DNA of 64,000 bases, taken from Anolis carolinensis. Taxonomy: Eukaryota. Positions within the stretch are counted from its first letter, which is position 1; each line of letters starts with the position of its first letter. The DNA lies in NCBI RefSeq assembly GCF_035594765.1, contig NC_085841.1:173275574-173339573 (forward strand), read 5' to 3'. Of this stretch, positions 52,346-64,000 are shown one piece after another. The notes beneath the pieces are model-generated. The model made no database searches. It had not been told where the DNA came from and saw nothing but the letters and a program-made list of their open reading frames with translations. The translations under genes were made by a program, and so were the position numbers.

Positions 52346-53713
52346 TGGTTTCTTTCATTCTATGACAAAGTAGCATTTCAGATATTGTGGCCCCACATCA
52401 CTCAATTTTTTTGTTGAACTATTAGATGCATCATAACTTACAATCTACCAACATTTAACTTATTATAGAAATGCAATCTATGCACAAAACGAAATCTGAA
52501 CTATCTCTATTTTGGAGTATGAAAATTAAATGTCAACCAATGTAACACTGATGTGACCTTCTGGACATGGAATATATTCTCAATTGCTGTGGAGTTCATA
52601 GATCAGAAAGACCAGTTAATTAATTATGTCTACTTGTGAAAAGGTGTATGCATTAAATACAGAACAAAAATAGGTTTCATAAAACTTATTACACATACAG
52701 TACTTGTTACTGATCATTGGTAAGGGGCTTGATTATGAAAATAAAAGACTCAATGATCCTCTTTACTTGTTGAAAGCATCTTGCTAGTCCATTCTTACCA
52801 AGGGTCCTTCCACACTCATATAACCCACAATATCTGCTTTGAACTGGGTTATCTGAGTCCACACTGCCATATATTCCAGTTCAAAGCAGAAAATGTGGGG
52901 GTTTTATTCAGCTGTGTGAAAGGGGGCTGAGTTAGATTCTGTTATTATCCAGCTGAATCCATGGAGTTAATCATTGAACAAATTCTCTGTGGACTAATAT
53001 TTGGAGGTCAGTCTAAGGGGAAGGGGGGGATTAGGTAACTCTTACTAAACATTTTTGTTGAATGAGTATCTGCATTTAAACCAAAGGATATAATGCTTGA
53101 TTTACATGGGACAATGCTTATGTCTATAGGAAGTTCTCTCTGCCCGAAAACAACTTCTAAAATAAGTCAGTTAAACATGATCTTGTGGAAAGTGCAACAC
53201 TCTAGCCAAATAGCCTTCCAAGCAGCCTCTTGTAAAGCAAATTATAGTATCAAAATCGCAGGAGGGATTTGAGTACAAAACAAAAAATCTTACACTTTAC
53301 AAACAGCGGGCTTAATTATGGACAGGAGATGGTTAGAAGAACAGCAAACTCTAGGCAGCCATTCTATTTCTGGAAGCTTTTTGCAAGGATCCACCCTGCC
53401 TTGCAAGCCTTGCCCTGAGAACATATAAGGATAAAAGCAGGACATATTTCTTTCTTTTTTAAAAAAAACCAAAAACATTGAAACTATTATAAGGCTATAA
53501 CTAACTTTTGTTAATGTTTCTACAGACAACCCAAAATATTTGTAAGTATTTTCTTTTTCAGAACTTGTGTCTAAAACTGGCAACAAGTTCTGAATTCTAC
53601 TTCTAAAATAATGATAATAATAATGTTATTTGTTACTCGCCTCTCCTAACGAGAAGAGGTATAAATGAATGAAAATAAATGTCATCTGGCAATGAAGAGC
53701 CTAGGTTTTCTCA

Positions 53714-54157
53714 GGGTTGTTGTGAGTTTTCCGGGCTGTATGACTATGTTCCAGAAGCATTCTCTTCTGACATTTAGCCCACATCTATGGCAGGCATCAT
53801 CAGTGATGGTGAGGTCTGATGGAAACTAGGCACATGGGCTTTGTATATCTGTGGAATGTCCAGGGTGGGAGACAGAACTCTTGGCTGTTGGAAGCAAGTG
53901 TGAATGGTGCAATTGGCCACCTTGATTAGCACTGAGTAGCGTTCAAAGCCTGGCTGATTCCTGCCTGGGGGAATCCTTTGTTGGGAGGTGTTAGCTGGCA
54001 CTGATTGAGTCATGCCTGGAATTCCTGTGTCTTCTGGGGGTTGTTCATTATTTACTGTCCTGATTTTAGAGGTTTTAAAAAATACTGGTAGTCAAATTTT
54101 GCTCCATTTTCATGGTTTCCTCCTTTCTGTTGAAACTGTCCACATGCTTGTCGATTT
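53714..54157 (-). mobile_element. Penelope 3' end/pLTR with inactivated hammerhead (53766-53803)
   Basis: Minus strand CTGATGA-TGCCTGCCATAGATGTGGGC-TAAA-TGTC; homologous to 140-370 and 880-1157. Confidence 0.8.
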
Positions 54158-54799
54158 CAAGTATTCTCACTTCAGCCCCCTCCATACAGCTGTATAAAGT
54201 CCACATTGAATTGGATTATATGGCAGTGTGGAGTCGGATAACCCAGTTCAAAGCAGATATTGTGGGTTTTCTGCCTTGATATTCTGGGTTATACGACTGT
54301 GTGGATGGGCCCCTCAGCATGAAGCTCTTCCTGTGTTTCAAGTTTTCCCCAAGACAACTGGAGGAAGCATGTGCTTCTTTTTGCCCCGAAGCAGGGCGTC
54401 AAGGCCCTTTCTGGAATCACAGAATTGGAAGAGACCAGGGGCCCTTTCACACAGCCATATAACCCAGAACATCCTACAATTTCTGCTTTGAAGTGGGTTA
54501 TCTGAGTCCACATTGCCATACATCTATCCCAGTTCAAAGCATATAATGTGGGATTTTATTCAGCTGTGTGGAAAGGGCCCACGTGGGTCATCTAGTCCAA
54601 TCTGGTGAAACGTCAGTTTTTCTGGTGTGGATTTGACGGCCCTCCTGTCTCGGTCTCCTTCTGCATTTCGTTCATGTCCATATAAGGCTTACATAAGCCC
54701 TGTTTTCCTAGTGTGGGGGGGATTTCAATCCGATTCGACAGATGAAGCCGAAGCAGAAGAAGAAGGGCAGCTAGGGGAGGAAAAAGAGGCAGTTGTGGG

Positions 54800-55720
54800 T
54801 AATGGGGGGAAAAAGAGGTCGACCCACAGCGCCGACTTCCACGCCAACAAGAGCCACGAGGGAGAAAGAGAGAGAAAACTCCACGCCGCACGCTGAAGCA
54901 AAAAACCGCTCGCCTTGAGGAAGGCTCGGCGGGGCGCGCGTGCAGGACCCCGCACCCTGAAGGCTTCCCTCCTCCTCCTCCCTCTGTCTCCTAGGCAACG
55001 GGGATGCCTGCCGTCCCCCCTCCCCTCCCGCCGAAAACCCCAAGTCGCGCGCCGTTCCTTTACCTTGGCAGACAATGGCCGACCCCCGCCGCCGCTGCTC
55101 CTCCTTGGATGAAGCCGCCTCTTCCTCGCCCTTTCCGCCGTGGGCTCCGGCAGCATCTCTCAGGTGGCGAGGGCCTTTCGGGGGCCACCCATCAGGGAGG
55201 AAGGAATGGAGCTCCCTCGCGTCCACCGACGGCCGCAGAGGGCGGCTTTAGGCTCGAGGGAGGGAGGCGGCGTTGGCAGTGGCGCTGTTGCTGCTGTTTC
55301 CGTCTCCTGCCTCTCCCTCACGCCTCAATGACTCACCCGGCGGGCGGGGAAGCCCGAAGACTACATAGGCGGCGAGAGAACAGAGGGCTCCTAAAACCCC
55401 CACGAGGCGGCCCGCCTGCAAAGAGGGAGACAGAGAGAAAGCGCGCGCCTGCTTGCCTACCAGCCTCTCTCTTACAGACGGCAAAAGCGGGCGCGAGGCC
55501 AGCTGCAACTAAGCCCCTCCCCAGGGGGCGGGGCCTCCGGCACTAATGAGGAAGGGCTGCTCCTCAGCCGCGCGCCCGCCCCCTCGACGGCCAGGTGAGG
55601 GTGCGCGCGCACTCACACCTCTTCCCCAATGCCTCCCGCGCGCAGCCGTCCTCGCGCCCTTCTCTCTTCCGCCGCCGGAGGGGAGGGGAAGGGGAAAGGG
55701 GAGTGAACCCGACGGAATTC
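54800..55720. promoter_or_regulatory. B3GNT2: CpG island / B3GNT2 promoter
   Basis: Only strongly CpG-rich segment in the window; GC box GGGGCGGGGC 55525-55534; TGACTCA 55329-55335. Confidence 0.85.
55064..55325 (-). other. B3GNT2: predicted non-coding exon 1 of B3GNT2
   Basis: Donor CCAAG|GTAAAG (GT at 55063-55062) inside the CpG island. A second consensus donor CGG|GTGAGT lies at 55337. The 5' end is not determinable. Confidence 0.65.
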
Positions 55721-56866
55721 TCCTGCTAAGGGCCCTTCCACACAAGGCATGCTTTGAACTGGGTTATATGGCAGTGTGGACTCTGGGGACCCTTCCACAC
55801 TGCCATATAACCCAGTTCAAAGCAGATAATGTGGGATTTTTTTCAGCTGTGTGGAAGGAGCTTCAGATAATCCAGTTCAAAGCAGATATTGTGGATGACC
55901 TACCTTGATATTCTGGGTTATATGGCCGTGTAGAAGGGCCTTTAGATGCACCCTGAGATATTTTGGTGGTTGGTCTTCTGAAAAGCAATATTGCTCTCTC
56001 ATATACACACAGGCACACATAGACACACGCTCAGGATATAGATAAGGAGTTTGTTTCCAAAAGGTGCCTAATCCCCCCCAAAATGGGAAAAATTGAGTTA
56101 TAGGTGGCAGCACATTGTTGCCTAGGAGTAGAATATTATGTGCAGATCTGAAGCTACCGCTATGTATCAAACCACTTTCGTACGGGGCTTGGAAAATGGC
56201 ATTTTATATTGCTTCAGCTGTGTGTGTGTGTGTGTGTGGGGGGGGACTTGCCTTCAAGTCACCTGGTGATTAATTTTGTAGGTTTTTCCCCTCCTTCAGC
56301 AAGGATTATTCAGCCCCCTTCCACACAGCTGAATAAAATCCACATCGAACTGGATTATATGGCAGTGTAGACTCAGCTAACCCAGTTGTAAGCAGATATT
56401 GTGGATTATCTGCCTTGATATTCTGGGTTATATGGTTGTGTGGAAGGGCCCTCAGTGGCGGTGTTCTTCTGAAATATGACCTATAGCACCTGGGATTCAT
56501 TGCTGTCAACGGCCTGACTAGTGGGTTGCAGACTGCACGAAAAAAAGTATATAAAAGGGTTGTTGTTTTTTTGCAACAATACAGCAGATACTGTACATGT
56601 AATCTTTTATAACTGAAAAAAACACTTTTTGTAAGTCCAGTGTACAGGTATTGTATCAATATTCCTAAAGGGATAAAACTGTGCCAATTTCCTTTTATAA
56701 CCTGATAATGTGCATGTGGTCCAGTCAGATCCATCATTATTACACAATTATAACAATGATATGTTTTTATCTGCCCATGTGACGAGCATGCACTGTTGTT
56801 TTCATTACTGTTGGGTTTTTTATAGTCCTTGATTTTGTAACTACGTTCTATGATAAGTACGGTAGG

Positions 56867-57199
56867 TAAAAGGTAAAGGTAAAGGTTTCTCCTGATGTTA
56901 AGTCCAGTCGTGTCCGACTGGGGGTTAGTGCTCATCTCCATTTCTAAACCGAAGAGCTGCCATTGTCTATAGACATCTCCAAGGTCATGTGGCTGGCATG
57001 ACTGCATGGAACGCTGTTACCTTCCTGCCGGAGCAGTACCTATTGATCTACTCACATTGGCATGCTTTTGAACTTCTAGGTTGGCAGACGCTGGAGTTAA
57101 CAGCAGGCGCTCACACCACTCCTCGGATTCGAACCTAAGACCTTCTAGTCTGCAAGTTCAGCAGCTCAGCACTGTAACACAGTGCACCACTGGGGTCTC
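56867..57199 (-). mobile_element. Sauria SINE, full length
   Basis: 12-bp TSD aagtacggtagg (56855-56866, 57200-57211); (aaggta)n tail. Confidence 0.92.
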
Positions 57200-57581
57200 A
57201 AGTACGGTAGGAATGACAATTTATAATATTAGAACCCGCCCCTCCAATCTGACAGGTTTGACACAGGAGGAGTTCCATGGGGGTGGAACTTAGGCCCCTT
57301 CTACACTGCTATAGAACTGCTTTGAACTGGATTGTATGGCAGCGTAGACTCATATCATCCAGTTTAAAGCAGATAATGTGGATTATCTGATTTGATAATT
57401 TGGATTATATGGTACTGTAGAAGGGGCCTAAGGCCTCTTCTACACTGCCCTATATACCAGGATCTGATCCCAAGTTTTCTGCGTTGAACTGGATTATATG
57501 AGTCTATACTGCCAGATAATCTGCAAACAGATAATCTGGGATCAGATCCTGGGATATAAGCACAGTGTGGAAAGTGCCTAA

Positions 57582-57632
57582 CTCATCCAAGTACTAACCA
57601 GGGTTGACCTTTCTTAGCTTCCAAGAGCAGAT
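57582..57632 (-). mobile_element. 5S rRNA-derived SINE head fragment
   Basis: Minus strand ttggaagctaagaaaggtcaaccctggttagtacttggatgag. Confidence 0.6.
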
Positions 57633-57980
57633 GCCTTTAAGGTATTTTGGCCAAATTGGGTATGTGTGCATGCACACACATATACAACCACATAAATTGC
57701 CAATTTTTCAAAATCCAGTTATCACAAGGACAGAAAGTGAGGTGATATCTTCTGAACAGAGGCATGGACAGCATAACAAATACCACAGGGATGTTAACCC
57801 TTCCCTATACTATCCAAAGCTATTATATATTTGGCCGGAGTTACACTTCTACAGAACCTATCTTGTTCATTACTTTGGGACTACCTATATACTACTGAAT
57901 AGCAGGGGAGTGCATTGAGACCACCACAATCCTAAAGACAACCAGAAAAACTTCAGATCAGAAGATGCAAAATTCAGTTA

Positions 57981-59080
57981 TCTATCTCTATATCCATATC
58001 CATCCATAATAAAAGTGAAAACCCGTATGTGGCACGGGTGTCTGCTCACACAGACAGCCTCCGACCTCCACAAACAGCCTACAGTTCCCAGTGCTGAGGA
58101 ATCAGCAAGTCACTCTTTTCCACTGACATTGCGGTTACAGCGAGCTCCATGAACATGTAGCCTCAACCCCTGCCAACGTCCTCCCCAAACACTACGGCCC
58201 ACCACCCAAGGAATGCTTTCAGTTGGGGACAATTTCATACTAGATTTTGCATTTTCCTCCACCACAGGCAGGCATCCCAGGGTTCTCCATTGCTGGGGGA
58301 TTTGCATGACCCCACCTACTGCCTTTCCCTTTCAAATCTGTCTCCATAACAAACACAGCAGAAGAGTTTAGGGGATTGACTTCACATGGTGGAAGTTGTA
58401 GTTCACCCTGCATCAAGTCAGAGCACAGTGACTCCTACTGGGGAATGTAGAGGAGTTGTAGTTCACCTACATCCAGAATGCTATGAACCCAAACAAAGAT
58501 GGGTCTGGGCCAAACTTGCCATGCATACCTGATATGCCCAGATTTGAATACTGGTGGGTTTTGAGGGGAATTGACCTGGACATTTGGGAGTAGTAGGTAC
58601 TGGGATTTATAATTCACCTGCAATGAATGAGCACTCCGAACCCCTCCGATGATGGACCAGGACCAAACTTCGCACACAGAGCCCCCATAACCAACAGAAC
58701 ATATTGGACAAGTTTGGGGAAAAGGGAATTATAGTTCACCTGCATCCAGAGAAACAGTGGCCCCCACCGATAATGGACCGGGACCAAACTTCACAGAGAA
58801 GCCTCATGACCAACTGAACATACTGCAGGGGTTTGTGGGAATGGGCCTTGATTTTGGGAGTTGTAGTTCACCTGCATCCAAAGAGCACTGAACCCATCCA
58901 ACGACAGATCTGGACCACACTTGGAACACAGACCCAACTTTGAACTGGCAGGGTTTAGGGAGGATTGACCCACGATTCTGGGAATTGTAGTTCACCCACT
59001 CCAAACTGAGAATACCTAACATTCCAATACAAATAATACCTCTTTCAAATAACCCAGGCACCGCTGGGTCCCCAAGCTAG
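57981..59080 (+). mobile_element. non-autonomous Helitron
   Basis: A|TC start, subterminal hairpin cccag-gcaccg-ctggg (59053-59068), CTAG|T end, no TSD; internal repeats of ttgtagttcacc. Confidence 0.85.
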
Positions 59081-62000
59081 TTAGTAAATAAATGTTTGAT
59101 CTTTTCCAGCTGTCTTCTGCTCCTCTTTAATTTGGAAAGATGGTCCAAAGAGATGAGAGCACCTAAAGCAAGGCAGTCATATTCCCCTTCTATTCTTCCT
59201 CTGTTATTGCAAGCTGAGACCCTGGAGGAGCAAGAGAGAGTGAAAAAAATGTTGCCCCATGAATCAATAACACAGGAAGGTAGAACAGAATGGGGCATGA
59301 AGCCCAAACTGATGCCTGCTTTGCCCATTTCTACCTAACATCCAGAATCAGTAGGGAAAGACCATTGCTGAACTGGCTCCAGTATCCCAGGGCAGGTTAC
59401 AAATAGAGTTGGGAGCATTTCTCCTATCCACCCCTGCACAAGTATGCATGCACATTATCTGTGTTCATTATGAGGCATTCTCAAAGCTGCTTCTATTAAG
59501 AAAAAGCAGGGGAGCTGATTAAGACTCAATAGGAATTAAAGATGCTGAATTTTCTTGCACATTGAAGTTTTTTTCTGCTGTAAACATGACAATAATGTTC
59601 TATTAGCTGAACATCAGCTAAAATGGAGAATGGGATCATTTGAGAGCAACTCCCAATGACCCTAGCGAGCATGGCCAATGATTAATAGTTCTGTGAGTTG
59701 CAGTCAAACAACATCTGGAAGTTTGCATGATTCCCATTTCTAACATTTAGGATATATACATCAATGCATATTTTCTTTAAGTCAATAGGTGGATATATTA
59801 CAAAAACAGTTAGAACAACAGAAAAGGCAAGCACATTTAGGATAGCAGCTTTGCAGGAAAACAGATGTTTTTAACTGCTAAATACACAAGAGAGTCATAC
59901 TTAGGAACTTGCCAAAATAACATTCATTGTAAGATTGGGGGGAAAAAAACAGACCACAACTTTTATTGTTTACAACTTTGAATGTGGGTTGACCTTGCAT
60001 GCGTCCAGATGCAGCATCAACCAACCCACTTGCTGAATGATGTGCTTGATACCTTAGCCTACTACTTGAATTATAGGGCAAGCAGGAATGATCAACCAGA
60101 GCAGATTCCCTCTGCATGTTCTTCATGCCATTGGAGGGGGGGGTGGAGTGCAGGAAATGTGCCAGGTATTGAGCTGGGCCATACACCCCTGAGTGTCCTG
60201 AGGGGACTCTCTCGGTTAACAATGCCACATACATTGTGGTTTGAAACCATTGGCTGCTGGTTCCATATTCCTTCCCAGGGCCCCACTCCCAGACCCCTGG
60301 GAAGAAGAAGCCGGCAATCTGCCATGAAGATAAGCCACCTGGGCTACACTGATCTCTGGATCCTGCAAACCAGCAGCTCAACAAGTCATTCAGTTCCCCT
60401 CCCAGAGCAGGCAAAATATAATGTATATTGAATGTACTGCAAACTAAAGAAAATTCTATTTTTTTAAAAAAAAAATTAATCCCTTAGTTTTTTAAGAGTT
60501 TACAGCTCCTTGGCTGGTAAGATGTATGTTGGAAATGTGAAAATGGAAGCTGAGAAACAACCCACAAAGAAATAATGGATTATTGGCACAAGTAATGTAT
60601 GTGATGTATTGCTAAGATTCAGAAATAAAGCTTTTTAATTACGTTTGTTGAGATTATCACTGTTGGTTTCCACCATCATTATTGAAACGAAGCACATTTA
60701 TTTTACGGGACCAGAACCTGCAACAAAACCCTATGCTAATAACAGGATGAATTCGGAAGAGCTGAATATCAATGCCATGCAAGGTAATGTCACAGTATAT
60801 AGTAATCATGCTGCTAAAACAGCTCAGGGCAAAAGAGTTCAGAGTACAGTTGTCAACAATATGAGCTATATGTTTATTTGGTTTTTTTAAAAAAAAAAAT
60901 CTGTAGTAAAAAGCTGAAGAAGCTTACTCATTTTTGTTTTCTCTCTCTCTCTCTTTGAGACACAAGTTTTTTTAAGCTTAAAAGGTTTTGATATTCCAGT
61001 CTATTTTCAAACATTGGTTCCCATATATGCAGTGCTGGGGATTATGGAAATAGCCCTGTGGTGGTATGTTTTTGCACCCAGACCTTAGATTGTGGGTTAA
61101 GATTGTTTTTAAATGAAGTCTGTATTTCCAACTTCAGCTGAAAGTATATAGGAGGCCTATTTTTTGAGCCTAATCTGTGGCATTACTTAAAAAAATATTG
61201 TAAAGACTGCCAGCTTGATATAGTAACCTCTGAATTACTACAATTGTAGACAGAACATACGGAGAAGCTGTACATCATGTACAGTTCTCGTAGTCTTTTG
61301 GGTTCTGGACAAGTTGTCTTGGTTTTCATATTTTTTAGAAAATGTCTAGTCCTGTTCGATCAATCTATCATTTTATTTGTATCCTACCTTTCAGACTCAA
61401 GGAGGCTTACATAATAAAAACAGTTACAAATTCAACCGCATACCACTAGAATCATACAAAGTTAAAAATAATATTAAAATGTTTCTAGAATTAAAACTCT
61501 TGTGTGACTTCATGTTCTAGTGACTCTAAGCTTTCTTGTCATGCGATTTCTTGCAAAAATTTGTTCAGAGAGGGTTCGCTATTGCCTTCCTCTGAGATGG
61601 AGTGAGTATGACATGCTCAAGGCTCACCTACTTGGTTTTCAATGCTGAGCGATGATTTGAACCCCAGCCTTCCAGAGTCTTGCTCCAACATTAAAACTGT
61701 TAAAACAAGCTTTCTCTTAGGTTTCTTCCACACAGACCAGAAATGTGCGCCAAAGTGGGTTTTTAAAACCTGCTTTGGCACACATTTCTGTCCCCACAAT
61801 CCACCCAAAACCCAGGCCTTCCTGAAGAGGGTGGCTATATGCTATCCTGATTACTATCGAGATGGCATGCAGCCACTCTGCAACCCTCCAAAATAAGACC
61901 TTAAAAGAAAATAGATACCCAGCCGCCATTATCTTCCTTCTCGTACTCTACTGGCAGGATTTAATGACACACCAAGAGATCTGAAAAACTGAGATGGCTG

Positions 62001-62289
62001 TGTGGATTGAGCTCAGGATCCCATGACGCAGTCCCCAGGCCCAGTCCACACAGGGCCCACACCTGGTAAGACCCAAATCTATCCTAAGATCCAGATCTTA
62101 CCAGATGTTTAATTAATTTGGAATGAAGCAGGGAAACTCTGCTTTGTTCTGAATTAATTTGGACGCCTCCAGTAACACCGCAACAGGTCCGGAGATATAG
62201 GTCTGTCTGGATGGGCCCTTAATGAAAACCATATAAAGCACTAAAGGCAAGGTTAAAAAAGAATTCACCAGTAAAATAGTGAACCATTT

Positions 62290-63470
62290 CTAAATGCCTA
62301 CTAGAATAGAAAAAACTGCACTTGATGCTGGAAAGACGGCAAGGAGGGAGCCTGCTCAGCTTCTCTAGGAAGGGTCTGCCGGAGTGGAGAAGGAACCGTG
62401 GAGAAGTTCTTTCTGTTTCCCCACTAAACATGTCTGCATGGGATTGAGAGAAGTGCTTTCACTGAATATCTTAGCATTTGGGCAGGCTCATATGGGAATA
62501 TGCAGCCCTTCAAATAGCTTGGCCTCAGGACGTGTAGGGCTTTATCCGTCATTACCCACACTATGAATTGTGTTTGGAAACAGTCTGTCAGCTATTGTAA
62601 CGAAGGATTTGTATTCCCCCTGTAACCAGCCCCAGTTAACAATCTGGCTGTAGCTCTTTGGGCCAGCTGAAGTTTCCACACATTCTTCAAAGGCAGCCCC
62701 ATGGAGAGCATTTAATCACAGTAATCCAAACCGGATGGAACGGAGGCCTGCGTCATTGTGGCCAAGTCAGACTTCTCAAGGAAGGGGCACAGTTGGAATA
62801 CTAGTTTTAATTGTACCAATGCACTTCTAGCAACTGCCAAAACTTGAGCGTCCAGTTTGAAGCCTGAGTCCCAGACTGCAACCTGTGTTTTCAGAGAGTA
62901 TAGGCAGTCCCCGAATTACAAACATCTGGCTTACAAACAACTCACAGAGGTAAGACAACAGGAAGTGAGAGAAATCTATTCCTAAAACAGAAAAATTAGA
63001 GCTATCATGGGGAAATGGTGTCTTCACTGAAGCTTTCTCACCAATCCTTGTTTCTACCACAAGCTACTTTTTTCAAAATCCAATTATCACAGGGACAGAA
63101 AGTGAGGTGAAATCTTCTGAACAGGGGCACAGACAGCAAAACAAATATCATAGGGATGTTACCATTCCCGATGCTATCCAAAGCTAAAAGATCTATTTTT
63201 TGCTATAGCTACACTTTAAAATGTACCTGTTTTGACTTACATACAAATTAATCTTAATAACAAACCTACAGAACCTATCTTGCTTGTAAGTTGGGGACTG
63301 CCTATATAACGCCATCCAGCACAGATTCAGTCTCCTCGCATTTACCAATCTGCCTTGTGACTAACCAGGAGCACCTCTCTTTTGTCTGGGTTAAGCTTCA
63401 TTTTGTTTGTCCTCATTCAGTCCATTACTGTCAACAATTCACTGAAGCATTTAAAAATCTGTGGGCCAGG
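62290..63470 (-). mobile_element. L2 LINE ORF2 3' remnant, interrupted by a MITE
   Basis: Minus strand MKLNPDK.EVLLVS..VLDGV, then QLKLVFQLCPFLEKSDLAT...GLDYC. Confidence 0.8.
62900..63303. mobile_element. Tc1/mariner-type MITE
   Basis: TIR taggcagtcccc / ggggactgccta; relatives at ~34050-34365, 34963-35142 and 57690-57880. Confidence 0.75.
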
Positions 63471-64000
63471 AGATTCATAGTAAAAGTTCAGAAAGCTACC
63501 ATGGTTTAGTGTATCTTTACTTCGTATGGATGTCCTTCTCTGCAGAAATTGATGAAACTGACCAGATGTAGAGATTATTTTTATATTTATTTGGGCATGG
63601 TACTACTTATCCTTTAGGATTCATTTCCTCTGAGAAGGTTGCCCTTTTTAGTGATAGGAAAATATGCTTTTGTTTCCCAGAATTTTAATTCTGTTTATGG
63701 TTTTTTTAATGCATGCTGATCTTGTTAGGTTGCACTGTCATTTTAATCATTATTCTGTCACTCAAAGGTTGCATTTATATTGATTTAAAAATGCATTTTA
63801 AGCTTTTTTGGGAAGTTTGTTTTAAATGGAAGAGACAATATTACATATTCTAAATAGATACATATAAACACATCAGAATTATATTAGGTCTGAGATAAAA
63901 AAGAAGTGTTTCTAATACAGATTGTACTAGAGAGCCATTCAGTCAATAGTAGACCTTTAGCAAACCTATGATTCTGAGCAACATAGAAAAAAATGACAGT

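Larger units (their letters stand above)
51767..57578. mobile_element. cluster of PIF/Harbinger-like palindromic MITEs (gggcccttccacac TIR)
   Basis: Copies at ~51767-51912, 52802-52927, 54175-54313, 54439-54580, 55730-55941, 56313-56451, 57293-57428 and 57432-57578; several have 3-bp TCA/TAA/TTA flanks. Confidence 0.75.

Noticed and set aside
54613-55908. Many overlapping 60-180 aa ORFs
   Set aside because: Expected from stop-codon scarcity in a GC-rich CpG island; low-complexity R/G/P translations.
56306-57007. 233-aa ORF
   Set aside because: Runs through a Sauria SINE, unique DNA and a MITE; no recognisable domain.
59878-60431. Opposed 149-aa and 178-aa ORFs
   Set aside because: No recognisable motif and non-ATG starts in the track; cannot be supported without a search.
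63586-63591. Minus-strand AATAAA as the 3' end of a neighbouring gene such as COMMD1 (human synteny)
   Set aside because: No COMMD1 coding exon is recognisable in the window, and the hexamer is common in AT-rich DNA.

Overview
Repeat-rich vertebrate genomic DNA, very probably squamate (Anolis-like). The Sauria SINEs, CR1, L2, Vingi, R4/Dong-type and Penelope retroelements, Helitrons and hAT/Tc1-mariner/PIF MITEs point to this. The one confidently supported protein gene is B3GNT2 on the minus strand. Its single coding exon is 29048-30241 (397 aa). It has a ~1.1 kb 3'UTR ending near an AATAAA at 27943-27948, a ~24.8 kb 5'UTR intron, and a predicted non-coding first exon in a CpG island at ~54.8-55.7 kb. 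Most other ORFs in the track are transposon fragments or chance. Most interesting observations: (1) TSD-flanked palindromic mini-elements made only of Penelope pseudo-LTRs, with hammerhead ribozyme cores on both strands; (2) a short Vingi-tailed element carrying the 3' half of an HDV-like ribozyme; (3) an in-frame 'stop-codon-ATG' uORF relay plus an overlapping uORF in the predicted B3GNT2 leader; (4) a candidate divergent micro-gene of frame-compatible phase-1 exons; (5) a composite hAT MITE carrying a 51-bp minisatellite built from CR1 3' ends; (6) an NF-kB/ETS/RUNX motif cluster downstream of B3GNT2. TE family names come from motif recognition, not database searches, and many TE boundaries are approximate.
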